A DNA stretch of 64,000 bases from an uncultured Dehalococcoidia bacterium (GTDB lineage: Bacteria; Chloroflexota; Dehalococcoidia; Lucifugimonadales; UBA3495). Of this stretch, positions 56,361 to 64,000 are shown piece after piece. The stretch covers positions 12,237 to 76,236 of the forward strand of contig CATMOE010000008.1 in NCBI GenBank assembly GCA_950072105.1, in the 5' to 3' direction. Below the pieces are notes generated by a model. The model did no database searches and was not told the DNA's origin. It saw only the letters and a list, made by a program, of their open reading frames with translations. Both the position numbers and the translations under genes were made by a program. The stretch's first letter is position 1; every line of letters starts with the position of its first letter.

Positions 56361-57083
56361 ATGGCTGAACCCGCAGGGCAGGTGACGGTCACTTATTACG
56401 GCCACTGTGCCTTCCTGTGGGAGACCAGCCAGGGCGCCAGGGTGCTGGTTGACCCCTACCGGAACCGGGAAGACCGCTACTGGTTCACCCGTAAGTTTCC
56501 AAGCATCCCTTGCGATCTGGGCCTGATAACCCATGCCCATTTCGACCACGACGCCGCAGACCGTTTGCCGGAGACCGCTTCCCTCCTCCGGATGCCGGGG
56601 GAGGTGAGCTACCGGGATTTTTCGGTTCGGGGGATCGGGGATCTCCATTCCAATCCTCGAGGCAACACACCCAATTTCCCTAACGTGATGTTCCGGTTTG
56701 AGGCCGGCGGCCTGCGCTTTCTGCATATCGGCGACAACCGGGCCGACTGGCCCGGCGATGTGGCCGAGTCGGTGGGCGAAGTGGATGTCCTAATGGTCAC
56801 CGTGGACGATTCCAATCATCTTCTTACTTACCGGGAAGTGGACTCCCTCATCGACCGGCTGAGTCCCAAGGTAGTGATTCCCATGCACTATCAGATCCCG
56901 GGACTGGTACCAGACTCGGCCGGTCTATTGCCCCCCGACGGTTGGCTGGCGACGCACCCAGGGGTGAAGCGATTGGGACACCATTCTGCTCTTTTTTCCG
57001 GGGCAGACCTGCCCGGCAACACCGAGATCTGGGTCTTTGATCCGTCACCAGAATCTTTGGCGGCGTCCTTGACAAGCCCTTGA
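56361..57083 (+). CDS. MBL-fold metallo-hydrolase
   Basis: VTYYGHCAFLWE...VLVDPY...LITHAHFDHD. Confidence 0.75.
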   Translation: MAEPAGQVTVTYYGHCAFLWETSQGARVLVDPYRNREDRYWFTRKFPSIPCDLGLITHAHFDHDAADRLPETASLLRMPGEVSYRDFSVRGIGDLHSNPRGNTPNFPNVMFRFEAGGLRFLHIGDNRADWPGDVAESVGEVDVLMVTVDDSNHLLTYREVDSLIDRLSPKVVIPMHYQIPGLVPDSAGLLPPDGWLATHPGVKRLGHHSALFSGADLPGNTEIWVFDPSPESLAASLTSP

Positions 57084-57238
57084 TATCCCCATTGAAAGAT
57101 TCTTAGGCTGGCCAAGACCGGAGAAGCAGCCCGATAAAACTCGGGAACACAGGCTCAGATAGGCGCCATCCCCGTCCTCGGATCAACGAAAAAAGCGGCA
57201 TCCACCACAAACCCGCAAAACGTAGTAAAATAAACGGC

Positions 57239-57541
57239 ATGATGGACCTAAAGTCTTGGTTGGGCGAACAAAGCATAAGTGTGCGGGAGTTTGCCTTGGA
57301 ACTAGAGGTGCCGCTTAAGACTGCCCAAGATTGGGTATATCGAGGCGTCGCGCCGTCTGCGGAAAACCGCGACAGGCTCAGCGGCTTCATCTCTTCTCGT
57401 TGTGCCCACCATTGGGTCATCGACGCCGCTAACGGTCACACCAGCCGTGGTGTGTGCAAGATATGTGATGAAGTTCGGGAGTTTGAAAACTCAACCGAGG
57501 CGTCGTTGTGGATACCTCCTAAACGTACATCCAGTGCCTAG
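57239..57541 (+). CDS. hypothetical HTH-like protein with C-terminal Cys/His cluster
   Basis: SVREFALELEVPLKTAQDWVYRG looks like an HTH, followed by CAHHWVIDAANGHTSRGVCKICDEVREF. I recognise no family. Confidence 0.4.
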   Translation: MMDLKSWLGEQSISVREFALELEVPLKTAQDWVYRGVAPSAENRDRLSGFISSRCAHHWVIDAANGHTSRGVCKICDEVREFENSTEASLWIPPKRTSSA

Positions 57542-57994
57542 TCCCTCCCCTTAACCACCTTGGACCAACTCTTCGTATCTAACCCCGCCATCTTGGATCT
57601 AGCAACAGACGTTGTACGGCGAGTACGAAGTATCACTGCCTTAAGAACTGCAAGGGCCCCATCGCCAATTTCCCTCAGACGCCCCACATCATGTCGAGCC
57701 GCCATCACTGTGGCAGGATGTCGTGGTTTGCGAATTCATCTATCCCGGTAGTCCGGAGACCCGTTCGGGATGGTAGAATGTCGGTCAAATGGGCCGGAGT
57801 ATCACCGTCAATCTTACCCACTCGGCAACGGCGAAGACGATGATCTCATGGTCCGAACAAGGAATTGGTTCCTTTGGTTCACCTATAGCGGCCCCTACAA
57901 CCCGATATGAATCATTGCTGGGCCACTGCGCCGGTCCAACGGGCGTTCACGGTTAATCGATCCACCATCATTTAATCTGAGGGAGCATCAGCGA

Positions 57995-60556
57995 ATGGCA
58001 AGCACGAAATCGCCGGCGACGGCAACGGTCAACAGCGTAGCCCTCTCCAGTCAAACATTAGGCAGTTCTGTGCCTCTACCGGACTATGACAAGCAGCGGA
58101 TCGAAGACATTGGGTTCTTAACGGACATGACTTTGGTGCTATTGGGCAACTACGCCCAAACCGGGCACTTTGGCGGCCCGCTAGCTTACTCCGCCTATAC
58201 CGTCGCATCTCACCTGGCCGGCCCCGATCTGGGCGGACTCCGTTTTGACTATCGCCGGCCCAAACACCCTTACGCCGACAAATTCATGCTGGCGGGAGGC
58301 CATAACGCACCGGTCACCTATGCCCTCTGGATGATTATGGGTGAGGCCATGGCCCGCAAGCATGCCCAGTCAGGTGACGCCCGGTTTCACGTTGACCCGA
58401 ATCTGGCGATGCTGTCCATCGACGCCCTAGGCTTCCGCCGAGGAGCCGGGGCACTGAAAGATCTGCTGGAGCAGAACAACCTTCAAGACCATCCACTAAT
58501 GGCTCAAGCCAAGATTCGCGGCATCCGGTCACTGGCAGGGCACGCGGAGACCACGGACGTTACCAACGATGTTAATGGAGGGCCCTCTGGAATAGGGATA
58601 GCGACCGCCGCGGGCAAGGCCGCATTTTGGGACATCATGGGTGCGCCGGATAGCCTGAAGATTCTGGCTATCGAAGGCGAATTTGCCATGACCTCCGGCC
58701 ATGCCCAAGAATTGAAAACCACAGCGGTGGCCCAGCAGGTCGGCAAGCGTCTAAGGATCCTACTCTCGTATAACAACGCCGGTATCGATGACGAGTTGGT
58801 GGGCGGCGTGATCAATCCAGCGTACGCCGCTTACCGGATACAAGACCAATGGGCCTCCTACGGCTGGAACGTTTTTGCGTTGGACGACGGTAATGATTAC
58901 GATCAGGTGGTAGCGGTCCTCAAGACCATGGAGGACTGGGACCCCACAGACAACCGGCCCATGATAGTGGTCGGACGTACGGTCAAAGGATGGTGGCCCG
59001 CTGCCGAAAACGGAAATATTCCCGGATTCGGAGAACAGATCGTCAGCTACCACAGCCATCCTTACGCCTTCGCCATGAACGGCGATTACTTCCAAGCCTT
59101 GGCCGCAACCTTCGAACAGCGTTTCGGGGTCGAGTTCCAAGGCATCAGGGATGGCGCGGTATCCGATAACCGGGAACGCTTGATCCAATTCAAGCACAAC
59201 ATCGACGTCGCCATGTCCGTTCTAGAAAAGGATGGTCTGGGGGACTGGCTGGCCGAGCGGCTGGTGGAGATTGGCGACTCGGTTAACGACGAATTGCCTT
59301 TGCGTATCGACCGGAATATCGACCCGTTCCTCGACCCTCGGTTGGGCGTCGGCAACTTGCCGATAGAGCCACAGAAGGTCACGATCCGGAATCCCGTATC
59401 CGGAGCTGAGAAAGAAGCGACCATCACATTGTTTGAAGAACCCGGCCGCGTCCGCGGCACCCGCCGGGGCATATCCGAGATAATCAAGTGGATGAACTAC
59501 GTCACCGGCAACCGTTTGATCACAGTCGCCGCTGATTTGTCGGACTCCATCAACGTTGAAGGTGGGTCCTTTTGGGGCCACTACGACCCGGTGGAGAACC
59601 CGGCTGGCACTCGGCTCAAGGCGAGTATTCAGGAAGCGGGAAACGCCTCTACGGCCGTGGGTTTGGTGGGCCAGTCCGCATCCCTGGACCCGGCCAAGCA
59701 CGTTGGACTTTGGGCCCTGAGCGGCACCTACGGGGCCTTTACGCCCCTGATGTATCTCCCGGCCCGGGTCTGGAGCCAGCAGAATCAGGACAGCCCCTTC
59801 CGGGTTGGGGTGTTGAACATCCTGGCCGGCCATTCCGGTCCGGAAACGGCCGCCGACGCCCGCACCCACTTCGGCATCTTTTCTCCTCAAGTGTGGAAAC
59901 TGTTCCCCAGACACCAGGTGATCACCCTGAGTTTCTGGGACTACAACGACGTTGCCGCCGGGTATTTCGCCGCCGTTGAAATAGCGGCGCGGGACCCAAA
60001 GGTCGGCGTCATTGTTCTAGAGGTGGCCAGGCCCGACTTCCCGGTGGCGGACCGCAATACCTTCGCCGACAAAGACCTCAAGGCAGCAGCCAAGGGCATG
60101 TACGTCATAAGGGACTTTGAGCCAGGCAAGCCAAAACATGGTTATGTAATCTCGCAGGGATCATCCTCCACTGTAAATCTGGTGGACATTCTACCCCGTC
60201 TGGCGGAAGAAGGGCTGAACGTTAAAGTGATTGCGGCGATCAGCGAAGAGCTGTTCCATCGGCAACCCGAGGAGTACCGAAATTCGGTTATACCTCCCGA
60301 GGCCCGTTTCGATCTGATGGTGGTCAGCACCGGCACCCGGCGCGTCTGGCCCCTGCAGGATGCCGGTCCCCTGACCGACGAATATTCGCTGGTTTCAGAC
60401 TGGCACGACGAATGGCTGACCGGCGGAACCGAGTCCGACGTAATCACCGAGGCACACTTGGACCCAGAGTCCATCTTCCAAGGAGTAAAGCGCTTCGCCT
60501 CGGACCACGACGATCGCATATCCCGGCAAGCGGCCCAGCTGGAAAGTTTGCGCTAA
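57995..60556 (+). CDS. transketolase-like thiamine-diphosphate enzyme, atypically long (853 aa)
   Basis: TGHFGGPLAYS, AGGHNAPVTYALWMIMG, GGPSGIGIATAAGKA and ILAIEGEFAMTSGHAQE...NNAGID parallel transketolase PP-domain motifs. A Pyr domain and C-terminal domain follow. Confidence 0.65.
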   Translation: MASTKSPATATVNSVALSSQTLGSSVPLPDYDKQRIEDIGFLTDMTLVLLGNYAQTGHFGGPLAYSAYTVASHLAGPDLGGLRFDYRRPKHPYADKFMLAGGHNAPVTYALWMIMGEAMARKHAQSGDARFHVDPNLAMLSIDALGFRRGAGALKDLLEQNNLQDHPLMAQAKIRGIRSLAGHAETTDVTNDVNGGPSGIGIATAAGKAAFWDIMGAPDSLKILAIEGEFAMTSGHAQELKTTAVAQQVGKRLRILLSYNNAGIDDELVGGVINPAYAAYRIQDQWASYGWNVFALDDGNDYDQVVAVLKTMEDWDPTDNRPMIVVGRTVKGWWPAAENGNIPGFGEQIVSYHSHPYAFAMNGDYFQALAATFEQRFGVEFQGIRDGAVSDNRERLIQFKHNIDVAMSVLEKDGLGDWLAERLVEIGDSVNDELPLRIDRNIDPFLDPRLGVGNLPIEPQKVTIRNPVSGAEKEATITLFEEPGRVRGTRRGISEIIKWMNYVTGNRLITVAADLSDSINVEGGSFWGHYDPVENPAGTRLKASIQEAGNASTAVGLVGQSASLDPAKHVGLWALSGTYGAFTPLMYLPARVWSQQNQDSPFRVGVLNILAGHSGPETAADARTHFGIFSPQVWKLFPRHQVITLSFWDYNDVAAGYFAAVEIAARDPKVGVIVLEVARPDFPVADRNTFADKDLKAAAKGMYVIRDFEPGKPKHGYVISQGSSSTVNLVDILPRLAEEGLNVKVIAAISEELFHRQPEEYRNSVIPPEARFDLMVVSTGTRRVWPLQDAGPLTDEYSLVSDWHDEWLTGGTESDVITEAHLDPESIFQGVKRFASDHDDRISRQAAQLESLR

Positions 60557-60633
60557 GCCGGCCTGATCGAGACCATTCAATCTTACGGGTTCATTTATTC
60601 TGATGGTGGTGAGCCATCCCGGGAGACTGATAT

Positions 60634-61044
60634 TTGACTGAAGAAAGCATCAAACTCGTTCGGCGTATGTACGACGAAGCCTGGAACGAGGGCAAACTCG
60701 ACGTTGTCGATGAGATATGCGCCCCTGACTACGTCGGCGAAGGGCCGTACGGCGACGAGCATGGCCCGGAGTCCGTCAAGAGCGGCATCCTAACGCGCCG
60801 CCAGGCATTTCCCGACATCCACGTGACCATCGAGGACATCATCGCTTCGGGAGACAAGGTCGTCGCGCGCCTAACATTTCGGGGAACACATAAGGGCGAG
60901 TTTCTAGGTGTCCAACCCACTGGTCAAGAAGTCATTTGGTCGGGAATCTGGATATATCGAGTCGCCAACGGAAGGTTTGTCGAACGTTGGCATAACTACG
61001 ATATGCACGGTTTGATGCGGCAGCTAGGCGCAATCCCGTCCTAA
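60634..61044 (+). CDS. SnoaL-like/ester cyclase (NTF2 fold) protein
   Basis: LVRRMYDEAWNEGKLDVVDEI...FPDIHVTIEDIIASGDKVVARLTFRGTHKGEFLG. Confidence 0.75.
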   Translation: MTEESIKLVRRMYDEAWNEGKLDVVDEICAPDYVGEGPYGDEHGPESVKSGILTRRQAFPDIHVTIEDIIASGDKVVARLTFRGTHKGEFLGVQPTGQEVIWSGIWIYRVANGRFVERWHNYDMHGLMRQLGAIPS

Positions 61045-61292
61045 ATGGTTTCGGGGATACCTGCGGGGACTGGACCTTGGCCGCGTCTACAGTGGCTCTT
61101 CGCAAGCGTTGTACCCCGCACTGAGTCACCGCAACACAAGGCCCCTCCATGGGCGCCATCTGGAAATGCTCCCCATTACCATCTATAAAATGTTCGCATA
61201 GTTGCCAATTACGATTATGATGGCGCTATGCTGAAGTTCGTCACGTCAATCTCCGGCGGCTCCTATCAGGCGGCGTCTTCAGTCGTCAATCT

Positions 61293-62450
61293 ATGAGGCA
61301 ACGCCGATTCCTGACCGCCGTGGCCTTAGGGATGTTCTTCACCCAGAGTGCGTCGTTGATGTTGGCCCCGTTATTGGTTGCGATGGCTAATGAGTTCGAC
61401 ACCTTAGTGGCAGTCGCCGGACAGCTCGCCACCGCCACATTCGCGGCGTGGGGCGTGTCCGTGGTCACCGTAGGGCCATTGTCCGACTCCTTCGGCAGGC
61501 GGCCGGTAGCATTAACCGGGCTTACATTGCTTTCCATCGGGGTATTGGCATCGGCCTTCGCGCCAAACCTGGGAACTTTGATGGCCCTTAGGGTAGTAAC
61601 CGGGCTTGGCGGCGGCATGATTCCCCCAAACAGCATGGCGGCCGTGGCCGACTCCGTTCCCACAGCTCGCCGTGCCCAGATAATAGGCGGGATCATGGCA
61701 TTCGCTACCCTGTCTGGCGTTATTGGCGTACCCTTGGTGGCGGTAGCGGCCGATTCAGGAGGTTGGCGGCTACCCTTCCTGGTGATTGGAATTCTGTTGG
61801 CCGCATGCACTCTGCTCAATTGGTTCTGGTTCCCCAAGAACGAGGGTGCCGGACTCCGGTCCCTCTCGTTCCTCTCAAGATACCGACTGATATTGGCCAT
61901 TCCTGTCTTCCGGGCGGCGTTGACGGTGAACGTCGCCCAGCGGATGGCCTACATCGCACTATTCAGCTATCTTGCGGCCTACTTGATCAAAACCTACGAA
62001 ATGAGCGTCGGCGCAATCGCGGTCCCCTTGGCGTTAGTCGGCATCGGCACAGTAGTTGGCAGCTACATAGGCGGTCCACTGGCCAACCGGAAAGACCGGA
62101 TGCCCTTGATGGCGATTTCGTCCTTGGCCGGTGGCGCCGCCGCCTTGCTCCTGTTCTTGATTGAAGTCCCGGTCTGGGCGGCTGTGGCCATCGCCACGGG
62201 AGCGGTTGCGCTTTTGAGCGTCGCCTGGCCATTGATGATTACTTTTAGCGCTGAGATATCCACCCAATCCCGGGCCACCGGCGTTGGGCTGCTGGGGGCC
62301 AGCAACCAATCGGGAGGCGTCGGCGGGGCTGCAATAGGCGGCGTGCTGTTAGCCGCCAGTGGATTCCCGGGAGTCGGGTACCTATGTTTGGGCGCAACGG
62401 CGTTCTCGGCGTTAGTAATCGCGTTATTCATGCGCCAGGCCAGGCCTTGA
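61293..62450 (+). CDS. MFS transporter
   Basis: 12-TM pattern and an MFS loop motif (GPLSDSFGRRP). Confidence 0.8.
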   Translation: MRQRRFLTAVALGMFFTQSASLMLAPLLVAMANEFDTLVAVAGQLATATFAAWGVSVVTVGPLSDSFGRRPVALTGLTLLSIGVLASAFAPNLGTLMALRVVTGLGGGMIPPNSMAAVADSVPTARRAQIIGGIMAFATLSGVIGVPLVAVAADSGGWRLPFLVIGILLAACTLLNWFWFPKNEGAGLRSLSFLSRYRLILAIPVFRAALTVNVAQRMAYIALFSYLAAYLIKTYEMSVGAIAVPLALVGIGTVVGSYIGGPLANRKDRMPLMAISSLAGGAAALLLFLIEVPVWAAVAIATGAVALLSVAWPLMITFSAEISTQSRATGVGLLGASNQSGGVGGAAIGGVLLAASGFPGVGYLCLGATAFSALVIALFMRQARP

Positions 62451-62664
62451 ACAAAGCCATCTGGCTTGACCCTCAGATCGCGATCGTGTATGGAAAATAA
62501 CCGCTAACTTACACCCTTGTGGGCAGGCATAAGGGGCCCAGCAGGATACGAACCGCCCAGCGGGGTTAGGCATTGACCGTGGCATGCTGGACGGCGCGAT
62601 AGAGGAATCAAAAGAACATCTGTAAGAGACGGTTACGAAAAACCGAAGGATCAATTAAGAAACC

Positions 62665-63780
62665 ATGAAAATCGCCGACATAAAGATAGATGTGATAGAG
62701 CGGGAGATTCCCGACACCGGCTTGGATTCAGACCTGGGACGGTTCGCCGGAACCGTGGAGCAAGGGCTGTTGCGCATCCTCACGGATGATGGCATCGAAG
62801 GGAATTGCTACATAGGGGGATTCCGCGGCGGCGGACGCTCCCTTTTCGGTCCAATACTTAATGTATTAAAACCCGAACTTCTGGGCCGGGATCCTTCTGA
62901 AAGAGAGTGGCTGTGGCATCGCCTGCAGATCTTGAGCTCCCGCAGGGGCATCACCAATCAAATTTGGGCCCCGGTAGACGTCGCCCTTTGGGATATAATC
63001 GGGAAAGCCGCCGGGCTTCCCATCTATAAGCTCTTGGGCACTCAGAGATACGAGACAGAAGTTTACGGTACATATCCACCTCGGCATGATTCGCCTGATG
63101 GGTATGTGGAAGAAGCTCGTGAAATGGTATCCAGGGGTTTTCGCGCCTACAAGATACACCCTGGCGTGATGAGCACTCGAGACGTCATACGGATGGTGAC
63201 ATTAGTCCGGGAAGCCGTGGGGCCGGACGTTCGGCTTATGCTAGACCCTAATTGCGGCTACGATTACCGCAAAGCTCTCGATATCGGCAGAGCCTTGGAC
63301 CAAAACAAGTTCCATTGGTTCGAAGACCCGGTTCCCCATCACGACCTTGACGCCATCAAATCGCTGACCGAGCGGTTGGACGTGCCCCTTTGCATGAGCG
63401 ACCAGAACCCCAATCAATTCTTTGATGCCGCCAACATGGTCAGAAATCAATCATCGCGATTGGTCCGGGGAACGGCCCAAAAACTGGGCATCACCGGATT
63501 GAAGAAGCTTTGTTCGCTGGCGGAAGGCTTCGGGATAAATTGCGAGATTGGCACCGCGGCGAACTCTCTATTGAACGCCGCCAACCTGCACGTCATTTTC
63601 TCGGTGTCCAATTGCGATTACTTCGAATACTGGATGCCCCAAGCTGCCCATCAGTTCGGGCTAGTCGATGACATCCACCTCAACGGCAAAATGGTGATTG
63701 AGGCGCCAACCCGGCCTGGTCTGGGCTACGAGCTAGACTGGGATTGGCTGAAAGCCCACACCGTAGAAACCTTGGGGTAA
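62665..63780 (+). CDS. enolase-superfamily enzyme (mandelate racemase/muconate lactonizing family)
   Basis: KIHPG, LMLDPNCGY, WFEDP and CMSDQN match the K and D/E/D metal-ligand contexts. Confidence 0.85.
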   Translation: MKIADIKIDVIEREIPDTGLDSDLGRFAGTVEQGLLRILTDDGIEGNCYIGGFRGGGRSLFGPILNVLKPELLGRDPSEREWLWHRLQILSSRRGITNQIWAPVDVALWDIIGKAAGLPIYKLLGTQRYETEVYGTYPPRHDSPDGYVEEAREMVSRGFRAYKIHPGVMSTRDVIRMVTLVREAVGPDVRLMLDPNCGYDYRKALDIGRALDQNKFHWFEDPVPHHDLDAIKSLTERLDVPLCMSDQNPNQFFDAANMVRNQSSRLVRGTAQKLGITGLKKLCSLAEGFGINCEIGTAANSLLNAANLHVIFSVSNCDYFEYWMPQAAHQFGLVDDIHLNGKMVIEAPTRPGLGYELDWDWLKAHTVETLG

Positions 63781-63858
63781 TGGCCTATCTGGGCGTCCCC
63801 AAATCGCCAACATAATCATGCACCGAAAAATACCCCTAGCTAAGCGAGGAAGGTAACC

Positions 63859-64000
63859 GTGGCGCGAGATATCGGACCGGACGGGGTATTCATCAACGCC
63901 GCCGGCATGATTACCATGCAAGGTCAGCCTTTTTTTGAAGATGGGTTAACTGCCTTGGCGGTGCGAGACGGCAACATCATCGCCATCGGTTCCGGCGAGT
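63859..64000 (+). CDS. probable amidohydrolase-family protein, 3' end cut by window edge
   Basis: After the GTG at 63859 it reads GVFINAAGMITMQG...LAVRDGNIIAIGSGE, typical of an amidohydrolase N-terminal beta-sandwich. Only 47 codons are visible. Confidence 0.4.
   Translation, partial: MARDIGPDGVFINAAGMITMQGQPFFEDGLTALAVRDGNIIAIGSGE

Noticed and set aside
1-64000. CRISPR arrays, rRNA genes, transposases/integrases, reverse transcriptases
   Set aside because: I saw no regularly spaced direct repeats, no rRNA-like conserved stretches, and no ORF with DDE, tyrosine-recombinase or RT motifs.

Overview
GC-rich, densely coding bacterial chromosomal window: about 60 protein genes and one tRNA-Gln. 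I saw no rRNA, CRISPR array, transposase or integrase. The gene content suggests a Chloroflexota-type (Dehalococcoidia/SAR202-like) genome, but that is only an inference: several F420/LLM-type oxidoreductases, RNase Y plus YmdB, enolase-superfamily, amidohydrolase and MFS genes. Main blocks: (1) small redox and ArsR/SRPBCC genes, then a large ATP-binding LuxR (LAL) regulator upstream of an orphan 84-aa peptide gene and an O-methyltransferase. (2) A minus-strand hemA plus early-cobalt-insertion cobalamin operon (cbiC-X-D-T-L-F-G-H). A GxxExxY (PD-(D/E)XK) gene flanked by inverted repeats interrupts it. (3) alaS-ruvX, tRNA-Gln and a decayed vapC. (4) A MoxR-DUF58-DUF4129 module. (5) ribH and an ino1-GT4-CDP-alcohol phosphatidyltransferase inositol-lipid cluster. 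(6) dnaJ-prmA followed by a kinase-like/PP2C pair. (7) rny-ymdB-PHP-plsY, recX-recA, and a small glutaredoxin-like gene. (8) A secreted protein with a five-fold acidic repeat next to a second, multiply disrupted LAL regulator. (9) A catabolic-looking block: RidA, MBL, an unusually long transketolase-like gene, SnoaL, MFS, enolase superfamily, amidohydrolase. Most notable: the glutaredoxin-like gene's TGA is followed by exactly two codons and TAG, so it may encode a C-terminal selenocysteine. Also notable are the GEExFxPxTGE repeat protein, the peptide/O-methyltransferase locus, the cassette in the cob operon, and six genes carrying in-frame stops or frameshifts. All functional calls come from reading the translated ORFs for motifs by eye; no database search was possible.
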